Positions 37,460 to 48,188 of a DNA stretch of 64,000 nt are shown piece after piece. A model generated the notes under the pieces. The model saw only the letters and a program-made list of their open reading frames with translations, did not search any database and was not told where the DNA came from. The stretch spans positions 160,001 through 224,000 of the forward strand of contig CAWCIZ010000001.1 in NCBI GenBank assembly GCA_963795855.1, written 5' to 3'. This DNA comes from Vulcanimicrobiota bacterium (GTDB taxonomy: Bacteria > Vulcanimicrobiota > Vulcanimicrobiia > Vulcanimicrobiales > Vulcanimicrobiaceae). Each line of letters starts with the position of its first letter. Positions within the stretch are counted from its first letter, which is position 1. Made by a program: the position numbers and the translations under genes.

Positions 37460-38851
37460 TTAGAGTGAGACTGGGAAAAAACGATCGCTTTTGACGTGCT
37501 TGCCGGCGCCCTTCGCGCCGAGGAACTTATCCGATTCGACGACCTTACGGCCGCGTGAGAAGACGTAGCGGGGACGCCCTTCGATCGTCATGCCGTCGAA
37601 GACGTTGTTGTCCACGTTCATGTGATGGGTCTTCGCAGAGATCGTGCGTTTTTCGCGCGGATCCCAGACGACGATGTCCGCATCGCTCCCGGCCGCAATC
37701 GTGCCCTTTCGCGGAAACAAACCGAAAAGTTTCGCCGCATTCGTGCTGCCGAGCGCAACGAAATTGTTCAGGCCGAGCACCTTGCGGTTTACGCCGACCT
37801 CGTAGAGAATCGAGAGGCGGTCTTCGATCGTCGGCGCGCCGTTCGGGATCTTCGAGAAGTCGTTCTTGCCGAGATCTTTCTGCCCGCACAAGTTGAACGA
37901 GCAATGATCGGAGCCGAACGCGTGCAGTTCCAGATTCTTCAGTTTGCGCAGCAGCACGGCCTGGTTCCACTTGTCTCGGATGGGCGGAGATAGCACGTAC
38001 TTCGCGCCTTCGAAATCCGGCCGCTCGTAATCCGAAAAATCGCAGACCAGATATTGCGGGCACGTTTCGCCGTAGATGTTCAGGCCGCGTTTACGCCCGT
38101 CTGAAATGGCGTCGGCGGCCATCGCGCTGGAAACGTGCACGACGTAGAGCGGTGCGCCGGCAATCTCGGCCAATCGGATGGCGCGGTGCGTCGCCTCGCC
38201 CTCGCACTCCACGGGGCGCGTGAGCGCATGCCATTTCGGCTCCGTCTTTCCCGACGCGAGAGCCTGCTTGGTGATGACTTCGATCACATCGCCGTTTTCC
38301 GCGTGCACTTGCACGAGGCCGCCGTGCGCCGCGCAGGTCTGCAGCGTCTTGAAGATCGTCTCGTCGTCCACTTGCAGGACGTGCTTGTACGCCATGAAGA
38401 CTTTGAAGGAGTTCACGCCGTGCTCGCCGATCATGCGCGGAATCTCCGCCATCGTCTCTTCGCGCCCGTCTGCGATGGTCAGATGGAACGCGTAGTCCAC
38501 GCACGCTTTGCCGGAAGCCTTTTCGTGCCACGTGTCGAGCGCGCTTTTGAGCGAGTTGCCGCGCGTATGCAGTGCGAAATCCACGATGGTCGTCGTCCCG
38601 CCCATTGCCGCAGCGCGCGTGCCGCTTTCGAAATCGTCGGCGGTAATGGTTCCGCCGAAGGGCATGTCCAAGTGCGTATGCGGATCGATGCCGCCCGGGA
38701 AGAGATAAGCGTCCGACGCATCCACCACTTCGTGCTTCGAACCATCCAGGTTCAGCCCGATCGTAGAGATCGTTTCGCCCTCGACGAGGACGTCGCCGCG
38801 ATAGGTGTCCGTCGCGGTGACGATCGTTCCGCCGCGTATGAGTGTGCCCAA
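37460..38851 (-). CDS. hydA: Dihydropyrimidinase
   Basis: PGGIDPHTH, GGTTTIVDF, SFKVFMAY, VHAENG, GETCPQY, SDHC, IPNG. Confidence 0.93.
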   Translation of the reverse strand: MGTLIRGGTIVTATDTYRGDVLVEGETISTIGLNLDGSKHEVVDASDAYLFPGGIDPHTHLDMPFGGTITADDFESGTRAAAMGGTTTIVDFALHTRGNSLKSALDTWHEKASGKACVDYAFHLTIADGREETMAEIPRMIGEHGVNSFKVFMAYKHVLQVDDETIFKTLQTCAAHGGLVQVHAENGDVIEVITKQALASGKTEPKWHALTRPVECEGEATHRAIRLAEIAGAPLYVVHVSSAMAADAISDGRKRGLNIYGETCPQYLVCDFSDYERPDFEGAKYVLSPPIRDKWNQAVLLRKLKNLELHAFGSDHCSFNLCGQKDLGKNDFSKIPNGAPTIEDRLSILYEVGVNRKVLGLNNFVALGSTNAAKLFGLFPRKGTIAAGSDADIVVWDPREKRTISAKTHHMNVDNNVFDGMTIEGRPRYVFSRGRKVVESDKFLGAKGAGKHVKSDRFFPVSL

Positions 38852-38861
38852 CCTTCGTACC

Positions 38862-40118
38862 TCAGGATGACAGCGTGTGGTGTTGACGTTCCTTCCAGGA
38901 CTCCGGTGCCAAGCCGGTATCGATTTCGACCATTTCGATGCAGTTCTCGACGGGGCACACCATTTGGCACAAGTTGCAGCCGACGCAGTGCTCTTCGTCG
39001 ACTACTACCATCGCCGAGCCGTTCTGCGTAATGCGATCGATGCACTGATGCGCGGCGTCTTCGCACGCGATATAGCACTTGTTGCAGCGGATGCACTTGT
39101 CCTGATCGATGCGCGCGACGATCTTGTAGTTGAGATTCAGGTTTTCCCACGTCGTGATGCGATCTTTAGCGGCGCCCACCAGGTCGTTCACGCTGCCGGC
39201 GCCGCGCGTGTCGAGGTAATTCGACAAGCCCTCGATCAGGTCGCCGACGATGCGAAAACCGTGATGCATCACCGCAGTGCAGACCTGAACGTTCGTCGCG
39301 CCCAGCGCGAGAAACTCGACCGCGTCCGTCCACGTTTCGACGCCGCCGATTCCGGAGATCGGCAAACGAACCTGTGGATCGCGCGCGCACTCGTTCACCA
39401 TGTTGAGCGCGATCGGCTTGACGGCGGGGCCGCAGTAGCCTCCATGGCTGCTCTTTCCGTCCACGTGCGGAATCGGATTGAGCGTCTCGAGATCGACGCC
39501 GATGATGCTGTTGATCGTGTTGATGAGGCTGATGGCGTCGGCGCCGCCTTGCGCCGCGCCGCGCGCAGCCCAGCGAATGTCCGTGATATTCGGCGTGAGT
39601 TTCACGATGACGGGCACCCGCGCGACCTCTTTGACCCATTCCGCCACTTGCGCGATGAGGTCGGCGTGCTGGCCGACCGCGGAACCCATTCCGCGCTCGC
39701 TCATGCCGTGCGGACAGCCGAAATTCAATTCGAATCCGTCGATGTCCACTTCTTGCACGCGTTTGACCAGGTCGTGCCACGCATCGCGCTCGCACGTTTC
39801 CATCAGCGATGCGATCACCGCGCGATCGGGAAAAGCGCGCTTGCACTCGGCGATTTCTTTGAGATTCTCTTCGAGCGGACGATCCGTGATCAGCTCGATG
39901 TTGTTCATCGCCAGCATCTGGTTCTGCTTGTAATTCAGCGCGGCGAAGCGCGAGGTGACGTTGACGATCGGCGTCCCGAGCGTTTTCCAAACCGCGCCGC
40001 CCCAGCCGGCCTCGAAGGCGCGCATGACTTGGTAGCCGCTGTTGGTCGGCGGCGCGGACGCAAGCCAAAACGGATTCGGGCTTTTGATTCCCGCAAGATT
40101 GGACGAGAGATCAGCCAT
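38862..40118 (-). CDS. preA: Dihydropyrimidine dehydrogenase subunit PreA
   Basis: PNPFWLASAPPT, NNIELI, ELNFGCPHGMSERGMG, KLTPN, two C-terminal 4Fe-4S motifs. Confidence 0.93.
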   Translation of the reverse strand: MADLSSNLAGIKSPNPFWLASAPPTNSGYQVMRAFEAGWGGAVWKTLGTPIVNVTSRFAALNYKQNQMLAMNNIELITDRPLEENLKEIAECKRAFPDRAVIASLMETCERDAWHDLVKRVQEVDIDGFELNFGCPHGMSERGMGSAVGQHADLIAQVAEWVKEVARVPVIVKLTPNITDIRWAARGAAQGGADAISLINTINSIIGVDLETLNPIPHVDGKSSHGGYCGPAVKPIALNMVNECARDPQVRLPISGIGGVETWTDAVEFLALGATNVQVCTAVMHHGFRIVGDLIEGLSNYLDTRGAGSVNDLVGAAKDRITTWENLNLNYKIVARIDQDKCIRCNKCYIACEDAAHQCIDRITQNGSAMVVVDEEHCVGCNLCQMVCPVENCIEMVEIDTGLAPESWKERQHHTLSS

Positions 40119-41421
40119 TGTCGCCCCGTTCGGAAAGGTAGCCGTCAACGCTGCGCGCCGCGATTTTGCCTTGCTCCGCAGCCTCGACCACCATCGCTTC
40201 GCGCGAGCCTTTCGCGAAAATGCAATCGCCGGCGGCGAAGATTCCCGGCCGCGTCGTTTGGAGATTCGCATCGACGCGCAGCACGCCGCCGTCGTGCGCG
40301 ACGCCCAGATGCTCCAGCGTCTCGAGCAGCCGGCTTTGCCCGATCGCCCGAATCACCGTATCCGCGGCTTCGGTGAATTCCGTGCCCGGAATCGGCCGCG
40401 CGTCGGCGGTCGTTCGCACGAATTCGACCGCCGTTACACGGCCCGCTTCGCCGACGATGCGCACCGGCGCGCAGAAGAAGCGGAACTCGATGCCTTCGTG
40501 TTTTGCGAATTCGTATTCGAACTCGTACGCGGTCATTTGCGCTTCGCCGCGCCGGTAGTAACACGTGACGCGAGCGTCTTCGCGTCCACTTTGCCGCAGA
40601 AGGCGTTTGCTGCAGGTGAGCGCGTCGATGGCGGTGTTGCCCGCGCCGACGACGGCAACGCGCGAACCGAGATGGCCGGTGTCTTGGCCGAGTTTGGCGC
40701 GTTCGATGAACTCGAGCGCATCCCACACGCCGGGCAAATCTTCGCCCGGAATGCCGAGCTTGGGGACGGCGCCCATTCCGCACGCGACGACGAGCGCGTC
40801 GTACCGCGCGATGAGGTCTTCAGCCCTGACGTCCACGCCGACGCGCGTGCACGTGCGAACGTCGACGCCCATGCGTACGACTTGCTGCGCCTCCCAAAGC
40901 GCCGTGTCGATGTCCAGGCGGAACGGCACGATTCCGTAGGTGTTCAGGCCGCCCAACTCGTCTTTGGCGTCGAAAATCGTCACCGCATGTCCCAGACGGC
41001 GCAAATCCCGTGCTGCGGAAAGGCCGGCCGGTCCACCGCCGATGACGCCGACGTGCTTGCCGGTCGGCGGTCCCGGTTCGAACAGCGTGAGATCGTTGTG
41101 CATCGCGAAGTCCACCGCGTAGCGCTGCAGATCTCCGATGCGAATCGGGGAATCGCCCGCGGCGTGGTAGACGCACGCGCCCTCGCACAGCTGTTCGGTG
41201 GGGCAGACGCGCGCGCAGCTCGCACCCATCGGGTTTGCGTCCATGATCGTGCGGGCGCTGCCTTTTACGTTGCCGCTCGTAATTTTGCCGATGAACCCCG
41301 GCACGTCGATATGCGTCGGACACGCGTGCATGCACGGCGCGTCGTAACAGTTTAGGCACCGGTTCGCTTCCAGTTTGACTTCGACGCCGGAGAGCGGCCG
41401 GTGTATCGATTCGCCGAGCAT
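40111..41421 (-). CDS. preT: Dihydropyrimidine dehydrogenase subunit PreT
   Basis: RCLNCYDAPCMHACP, CARVCP...CEGAC, GGGPAG, GAGNTAID, AGDC. Confidence 0.9.
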   Translation of the reverse strand: MLGESIHRPLSGVEVKLEANRCLNCYDAPCMHACPTHIDVPGFIGKITSGNVKGSARTIMDANPMGASCARVCPTEQLCEGACVYHAAGDSPIRIGDLQRYAVDFAMHNDLTLFEPGPPTGKHVGVIGGGPAGLSAARDLRRLGHAVTIFDAKDELGGLNTYGIVPFRLDIDTALWEAQQVVRMGVDVRTCTRVGVDVRAEDLIARYDALVVACGMGAVPKLGIPGEDLPGVWDALEFIERAKLGQDTGHLGSRVAVVGAGNTAIDALTCSKRLLRQSGREDARVTCYYRRGEAQMTAYEFEYEFAKHEGIEFRFFCAPVRIVGEAGRVTAVEFVRTTADARPIPGTEFTEAADTVIRAIGQSRLLETLEHLGVAHDGGVLRVDANLQTTRPGIFAAGDCIFAKGSREAMVVEAAEQGKIAARSVDGYLSERGDNG

Positions 41422-41431
41422 TCGTACCTCT

Positions 41432-42940
41432 TTATTTATGCGTTGGAAAACCGAGATTCATGCCGGCGTTGTTCTCGGTCCACCGGCTGGTCACGACTTT
41501 GCCGCGCGTGTAGAAGCGGAAGCCGTCTTCGCCGTACACGTGCAAATCGCCGAAAAGCGACGCCTTCCAGCCGCCGAAGCTGTAATAGCCGACGGGCACG
41601 GGGATCGGCACGTTGATTCCGACCATGCCGACGTCGACTTCGTTTTGAAATTTGCGGGCCGCTGCGCCGCTGCGCGTGAAGATCGCCGTTCCGTTTCCGT
41701 ACGGATTGTTGCGCAGAATCGCAAGCGCTTCATCGAGCGAATTCGCGCGCAGATTCACCAGGACGGGACCGAATATTTCTTCGCGATAGATCGACATCGA
41801 AGGCTGTACGCGGTCGAACAGCGTCGGCCCGATGAAGAAACCGCGCTCGTGGCCCGCCACTTGCAGATCGCGTCCGTCGGCCAGCAGTTGCGCACCCGCC
41901 TCCTCGCCCTCTGCGATTGCATTCGAAATTCGATCGCGCGCCGCGCCGGTCACGACCGGACCCATGTCGTTGTTGCGATCGTGACCCGGACCGATTTTCA
42001 GTTTTGCGATCCGCGCGAGCACACGTTCCATCAGCGCATCGCCGGCCTCGCCGACGGATACGCTGGCGGAAATCGCCATGCAGCGCTGGCCTGCCGAACC
42101 GTATGCAGCCGACACGAGCGCATCCGCGGCGGCGTCCAAATCCGCGTCCGGCATCACGACCATGTGGTTTTTCGCTCCGCCGAGCGCCTGAACGCGTTTG
42201 CCGTTGGCGGCTGCGGTTTCATAGATGTAACGCGCGATCGGCGTGGAGCCGACGAAACTGATCGCGGCCACGCCGGGATGCGCGAGCAGCGCGTCCACCG
42301 CCGCTTTGTCGCCGTGCACGACGTTGAAAATTCCCGCCGGCAAGCCGGCGCGTTGCAGCAGATCGGCCACGAGCAGCGAGGCCGACGGATCGCGTTCGGA
42401 CGGTTTGAGCACGAACGCATTTCCGCATGCGATCGCGATCGCGAACATCCACGCCGGGACCATCATCGGAAAGTTGAACGGCGTGATGCCGGCGCAAACG
42501 CCGAGCGGCTGACGCAGCGAATACGTGTCGACAGACGTTGAAACGTTCTCGCTCAGTTCGCCTTTGAGTTGGTGCGCGAGCGAACACGCGAAGTCGACGA
42601 CCTCGAGCGCCCGCGCTACTTCGCCTTCCGCGTCGCTGACGATCTTGCCGTGTTCGCGCGAAACGATCTCGGCAAAATCCGTGGCGTGCTCTTTGAGCAG
42701 CGCGCGAAAGCCGAACAGCACTTCCGCGCGTCTGCCGAGGGGAGTCGTGCTCCACGCGGGAAAAGCCGCGGCCGCTGCCCCGACGGCACGGTCCACCGTT
42801 GCCGCATCGGCAAACGCTACGCGCGCCTGCACCTCGCCGAGGGCAGGATTGTAGACCTCGCCGAAGCGCGCGGAGTCTTCTCCGTCGGGTTTGCCGGCGA
42901 TGTTGTGGAGTATCGTGCCGATTTTTGCGGGGGCTTGCAT
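41432..42940 (-). CDS. mmsA: CoA-acylating (methyl)malonate-semialdehyde dehydrogenase
   Basis: ITPFNFP, KPSERDP, FVGSTP, GGAKNH, GSAGQRCMA, EEIFGP. Confidence 0.92.
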   Translation of the reverse strand: MQAPAKIGTILHNIAGKPDGEDSARFGEVYNPALGEVQARVAFADAATVDRAVGAAAAAFPAWSTTPLGRRAEVLFGFRALLKEHATDFAEIVSREHGKIVSDAEGEVARALEVVDFACSLAHQLKGELSENVSTSVDTYSLRQPLGVCAGITPFNFPMMVPAWMFAIAIACGNAFVLKPSERDPSASLLVADLLQRAGLPAGIFNVVHGDKAAVDALLAHPGVAAISFVGSTPIARYIYETAAANGKRVQALGGAKNHMVVMPDADLDAAADALVSAAYGSAGQRCMAISASVSVGEAGDALMERVLARIAKLKIGPGHDRNNDMGPVVTGAARDRISNAIAEGEEAGAQLLADGRDLQVAGHERGFFIGPTLFDRVQPSMSIYREEIFGPVLVNLRANSLDEALAILRNNPYGNGTAIFTRSGAAARKFQNEVDVGMVGINVPIPVPVGYYSFGGWKASLFGDLHVYGEDGFRFYTRGKVVTSRWTENNAGMNLGFPTHK

Positions 42941-42946
42941 ACGAGG

Positions 42947-43498
42947 CTATTCGTGCACGCGCAGCAGCGCTCCCGGATCGTCCACGTCGAAATACGCGCC
43001 TTCCTCGGCAACCTCGACCGCCACCCGGGAAAGGCGCGGATCGTCGCGCAGGGCCTGCAGCGAGTCGCCCCGGCACTCAGGTATGCCGCTTCGCGCTCGC
43101 GCCGAAAAGTACACCGGATGCCCACCGACGCCGTCTCGCACGGGAAAGCAAACGTCTGCGCCGCTTCGCAGCGCCGTGTCGATTATCGTCTGCGCCAGGG
43201 ATGCGGTCACCAGCGGTTTGTCTCCCAAAAAGACCAAGATCGCGCGATCGGCCGAAATTTCGGCATGCGCCAATACCAACGAGTATGCCATGCCCAGTTC
43301 CGGACGAGAGTTTACGACGACGTGGGCTGCGTTGCCGCCCAACTCCTTTGCAAGATCCGGCGACGCCACGACCACCGTCGGCAGATTCGCGCACGCGTCG
43401 AGCACGCAATCGATCATCCGGCGGCCGCGTACCGGAAGCAGCAGTTTTTGCACGCCCATTCGCGACGCGATGCCGGCAGCCAAAACGACGGCGGTCAC
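42947..43498 (-). CDS. Molybdenum cofactor cytidylyltransferase (MocA-like)
   Basis: VVLAAGIASRMGVQKLLLP, GMAYSL, LGDKP, GHPVYF, DVDDP; GTG overlaps the xdhC stop. Confidence 0.85.
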   Translation of the reverse strand: MTAVVLAAGIASRMGVQKLLLPVRGRRMIDCVLDACANLPTVVVASPDLAKELGGNAAHVVVNSRPELGMAYSLVLAHAEISADRAILVFLGDKPLVTASLAQTIIDTALRSGADVCFPVRDGVGGHPVYFSARARSGIPECRGDSLQALRDDPRLSRVAVEVAEEGAYFDVDDPGALLRVHE

Positions 43499-44586
43499 GG
43501 ACTGCGCCCGCGCAGCGGACCGCTGCCGTGTTTCAGCAATCCGCCCGAGCGTCCGTTGCGCAGCGCGAGAAGCTCGGAGGCAATGGAAACGGCGATTTCT
43601 TCGGGCGTGCGCGCGCCGACGTCGAGCCCGGCCGGTGCGCTCAGCCGCTGCAGCTGATCCTCGGCGACGCCAAGTTCGCGCAGCTGCGTCATGCGCCGTT
43701 CGTTGGTGCGGCGGCTGCCCATCACGCCGATATAGCACGCAGGCGTGGCGAGCGCGGCGCGAATCAGCGGCAGGTCGAATTTTTCGTCGTGCGTCATCGC
43801 GATTACGGCGCTGTGCTCGTCGATCGCTTCGCGCGCGAGCAACTCGTCCGGCCACGAAACCTCGATGCGATCCGCGTCCGGAAAGCGTGCGCGCGTCGCG
43901 AACGCGGCACGCGCGTCGCAAAGGATCGTTTCGTAGCCCAAGAGCTTCGCGACGCGCAACATCGGCGCGGCAAAGTCGACAGCACCGAACACGTACATCC
44001 GGGGCGGCGACACGAGCCGCTGCATGAAGATGCGAATGTCGCCGTGCGGCTCGCCTTCCTCACCAAACGAGCGGAGCACCGCAGACCGGCCTGCTCCGAC
44101 CATTCGCAGTTCGACCGCCACGGCTTCGTCGAGATCCGCGTTCCCGAGCGTCCCAATCGCGCCGTTTTCGAACGCGGCAAGCCTCGCACCGAGCCCCGCC
44201 TTATCCAAGCGGACCGCTACGCCTCCGGCGCGAGCGTCGAGCGTTTCTGCCAGTCGCCGCACGAGTTCGGGCTCGGGCTCGTCCAGAAGTATCTCGAGCG
44301 TGCCGCCGCAACTCAAACCGACCGACTGCGCCTGGCTATCGCTGATGCCGTAGGTCACGGCACGCGCCCGTCCTTGCGCGAGCGCTTGCGCTGCCTGCGT
44401 GACGAGCGCCGCTTCGATGCAGCCGCCGGTGAGGGCGCCGCAGAGTTCGCCGTCCTGCGCGATTAACATCGCGGACCCGGGGTCGCGCGGCGCCGAGCCT
44501 TCCACCGAAATGATGGTAGCGACGCATACTCGCCGGCCGCGGCTTTGCCAGGCCTCCAGCGTGCGCAGATGTTCGAACACGCGCAT
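43495..44586 (-). CDS. xdhC: XdhC/CoxI family Moco-insertion chaperone
   Basis: GSAPRDPG, GGCIE, GLSCGG, VFGAVDF, MTHDEKFD, YIGVMGS, GLDVGARTPEEIA. Confidence 0.92.
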   Translation of the reverse strand: MRVFEHLRTLEAWQSRGRRVCVATIISVEGSAPRDPGSAMLIAQDGELCGALTGGCIEAALVTQAAQALAQGRARAVTYGISDSQAQSVGLSCGGTLEILLDEPEPELVRRLAETLDARAGGVAVRLDKAGLGARLAAFENGAIGTLGNADLDEAVAVELRMVGAGRSAVLRSFGEEGEPHGDIRIFMQRLVSPPRMYVFGAVDFAAPMLRVAKLLGYETILCDARAAFATRARFPDADRIEVSWPDELLAREAIDEHSAVIAMTHDEKFDLPLIRAALATPACYIGVMGSRRTNERRMTQLRELGVAEDQLQRLSAPAGLDVGARTPEEIAVSIASELLALRNGRSGGLLKHGSGPLRGRSP

Positions 44587-44618
44587 GGCTTCAACGGCGC
44601 AGCGGGGAAATCCATGGT

Positions 44619-46016
44619 ATGTGGGAGCGCCTGTACCAGCCGCGCTCGGTCGCGGCCGCAGTCGAGCTGCTGGCGCGTTTCGGCGCGCAGGCGCGGATCG
44701 TCGCGGGCGGCACCGACGTCCTGGTCGAATTGCAGCGCGGCGTCAAACCGGCGGCGACGTTGATCGACGTCAGCGCCCTGGCCGAGCTGCGTTACGTCCG
44801 CGGCGATGACGGCTTCATCGCAATAGGCGGGCTTGCCACCCACAACGACGTGTTGGCTTCCGGCCTCTGCCGCGGGCGGGCGTTGCCGCTCGTTCAGGCT
44901 TGTATGGAAGTGGGCGCTCCGCAAATTCGGACGCGCGCGACGGTTGCGGGCAACCTCATCACCGCTTCGCCTGCGAACGATACGATCGTGGCGCTCGTGG
45001 CGATGGGCGCGGAACTCGTGCTCGCGAGCGCGCGCGGTGAGCGGCGCATTGCGATCGAAGATTTTTTTACCGGCTTCCGCGCCACGGCGATGCGGCCCGA
45101 CGAGTTGCTGCGCGAGATCCGCGTACGTCCGCTCGGCGCATCGCAACGCGGCGTTTTCCTCAAACTCGGACTGCGCCGCGCGCAGGCCATTTCGGTCATC
45201 AGTCTCGCGGCAATCGCCGACGTCCACGCCGAACGCGCCGAAGCCGTTCGCATTGCGCTCGGATGTCTCGCTCCCACCGTCGTGCGCGCGACGAATACGG
45301 AGGCGCTGCTGAACGGCGCGCAGCTCGACGAAGCAACGATAGCGCAGGCATGCCGCCGCATCGCGGATGACGTTTCGCCGATCGACGACGTGCGAGGTTC
45401 GGCCGCGTACCGGCACGTTGCGCTTTCCGCGCTGCTGGAACGCGCGCTGCAGCGGATTGCGGCGGATCGATGCGCGGACGGTATACCGGAAAGTCACGTG
45501 CTTCTCGACACGGGCGATGAAGAGCCGCTCGACGTGTCCGAGTTCGACGGCACGGTCGTCGCGCGCATCAACGGCAGCCGCACCGAATTGCGCGACGTGC
45601 AAACCGAGACGCTGCTGAACGCGCTTCGCGACGGCGCGGGCTTGACCGGCGCGAAAGAGGGTTGCGCGGAAGGCGAATGCGGAGCGTGTACGGTTTGGCT
45701 CGACGGCAAGGCGGTCATGTCGTGTCTGGTTCCCGCGGCGCAGGCGCACGGCCGAAACGTCGTGACGATCGAAGGCCTCGCCGATAGCGAAGAACTGCAT
45801 CCCCTGCAGCAAGCGTTCGTGGACTGCGGCGCAGTGCAATGCGGCTTTTGCATTCCCGGCATGCTGATGGCCGGCGCAAAAGTGCTCGACGAACGTCCGA
45901 ACGCGCAACTGGATCAAATACAGAGCGCGATCAGCGGAAATCTGTGCCGCTGCACGGGCTATCGCAAAATTCTGGACGCGATGCAATCCTGCACGCGCGC
46001 GGAGGTTTCGGCGTGA
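44619..46016 (+). CDS. Xanthine dehydrogenase-family FAD-binding + [2Fe-2S] fused subunit
   Basis: AGGTD, QIRTRATVAGN, DDVRGSAAYR; then KEGCAEGECGACTV, QCGFCIPG, NLCRCTGY. Confidence 0.9.
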   Translation: MWERLYQPRSVAAAVELLARFGAQARIVAGGTDVLVELQRGVKPAATLIDVSALAELRYVRGDDGFIAIGGLATHNDVLASGLCRGRALPLVQACMEVGAPQIRTRATVAGNLITASPANDTIVALVAMGAELVLASARGERRIAIEDFFTGFRATAMRPDELLREIRVRPLGASQRGVFLKLGLRRAQAISVISLAAIADVHAERAEAVRIALGCLAPTVVRATNTEALLNGAQLDEATIAQACRRIADDVSPIDDVRGSAAYRHVALSALLERALQRIAADRCADGIPESHVLLDTGDEEPLDVSEFDGTVVARINGSRTELRDVQTETLLNALRDGAGLTGAKEGCAEGECGACTVWLDGKAVMSCLVPAAQAHGRNVVTIEGLADSEELHPLQQAFVDCGAVQCGFCIPGMLMAGAKVLDERPNAQLDQIQSAISGNLCRCTGYRKILDAMQSCTRAEVSA

Positions 46017-48188
46017 CGCTCATCGGCAAAGCGGTCCCGCGTCCCGACGCGCTCGAGAAAGTAACGGGCGCGGCGCGCTATCCCGCCGATCTCGTTCGGC
46101 CCGAGATGCTGCAACTCAAGGCGGTGTTCGCGAACCGGCCCAGCGCGCGCATCGTTTCAATCGACGTCAGCGCGGCGCTTGCGCATCCGGGCGTCGTTGC
46201 CGTTTTTACCGCCGCGGACGTTCCGTACAACCGCTACGGTCTGATTGAAGAAGATCAGCCGCTGCTGTGCGAGGACGTGGTTCGTCACAGCGGCGATCGC
46301 GTCGCGCTAGTCGCAGCGCAGACGCGAGCCGCAGCCGAACGTGCGGCCGAACTCGTCAAAGTGACGTACGAAGATTTGCCGGCGGTCTGCGACGCGCGCG
46401 CGGCGATGGCGGCCGATGCGCCTCTCGTTCACGCCGATCGCGGAAGCAACGTGCTCGAGCACGTTCGCATTCGCAAGGGCGACGTGCAGGCCGGCTTTGC
46501 CGCAGCGGACGTGGTGCTCGAAGAAACGTTCGAAACGTCGTGGCAGGAGCACGCGTACTTGCAGCCGGACGCCGGCGTCGCTTACTACGAAGACGGAAAG
46601 CTCGTCGTCGAGACCGCAGGTCAGTGGCTGCACGAAGATCGCCGGCAAATCGCAAAAATGCTGCAGCTCTCCGAGGACGACGTCGTCGTGCGTTACGCCA
46701 ACATCGGCGGGGCGTTCGGCGGCCGTGAGGATTTGAACGTCCAGCCGCTGCTCGCGCTCGCGACGTGGAAGTTGCAGCGGCCGGCGGCAATCGTCTGGAG
46801 CCGCGAAGAATCGATCGTCGGCCATCACAAACGCCATCCGTACTTCATCCGCTCGAAGTGGGGCGCGCGCAAGGACGGCCGAATCGTCGCAATAGAAACG
46901 GAACTGCTCGCCGACGGCGGCGCGTACGCCTCGACCAGCGCGGAAGTACTCAAAGGTTCGACGCTTTTCGCGAGCGGTTGTTACGACGTCGAAAACATCG
47001 CCACCGACGGATACGTCGTCTACACGAACAACGTGCCCTCCGGCGCGTTTCGCGGGTTCGGTTCGCCGCAAGCGCAATTCGCCGCGGAGTCGATGGTCAC
47101 GCGCCTCGCGCACGCGCTCGACGTCGATCCGGTCGAGCTGCGGCTGCGAAACGTCTATCACGAGGGCAGCCTCGAACCGACGCAGCATCCGTTGCCGCCC
47201 GGCGTGAGTGCGACGGCGGTGCTGCAGCGCTGCGAACGCGAAGCGCGCACGCGTCTGGGATACGGCATGCCGAATCTGCGCGAGAGCGATCCGCACCTGA
47301 AACGCGGAGTCGGCATAGCATCCGGCATCAAGAACGTCGGCTACTCCTTCGGTTTTCCCGAACAAGCGACCGCGACCGTCGAACTATACGGCAGAAGTTC
47401 GATAGAACGCGTCGTGCTGCGCGTCGGCGCGGCGGAATGCGGTCAAGGCGCGCACGTGGTGCTGCGGCAGATTTGCGCGCAAACGCTGGGCGTGGCCATG
47501 GAGTGCATCGAACTAATCGCCGCGGACAGCGCGCAATCTCCGAACGCCGGGAGCGCGTCCGCATCTCGTATGACGCTGATGGGCGGCCGCGCAGTGAAGG
47601 ACGCGGCGGAGGCCGCGCTTCGCAAGTTTCCCGGACCCGCGCGCGCACGCGACGGTGCAGTATCGTCCGCCGCGCACCACTCCGCTCGAACCGCAAACGG
47701 GGCGCGGCGTTCCGAATTATTGCTACGGCTACGTCTCTCAGGGCGTCGAGGTGGAAGTCGATATCGCCACGGGTCTGGTACGCGTGCTGACGATCGTGAG
47801 CGTGCACGACGTTGGACGCGCGATCAACGTTCAGCAGGTCGAAGCGCAAATCGAGGGATGCTTGGCGCAGGCCGTCGGGTACACGCTGACCGAGAATCTC
47901 CAAGTGCGCGGCGGAAAAATTCTCACGCCGTATTTGAGCACGTATCTGCTCCCGACGACGCTGGACATGCCGGTGAACGTGATCCCCGTCATCTTGGAAT
48001 CGGCCGATCCGAACGGTCCGTTCGGCGCGCGGGGCATGGCGGAAATGCCGCTGGTGCCGTTCGCGGCCGCGGTTGCAAGCGCCGTTCATGCGGCGACGGG
48101 CGCATGGGTCACGCAGCTGCCGATGACGCCCGAACGCGTCCTGCGCGCGATCGATCAGGCGAACAAACCGCGCGAAATCTCGTTGTGA
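46013..48188 (+). CDS. Xanthine dehydrogenase-family molybdopterin-binding subunit; frameshift near 47645
   Basis: KVTGAARY, GGAFGGRE, GAFRGFGSPQ, GQG, SASRMT, HDVGRAIN..QIEG, GARGMAE. Confidence 0.9.
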
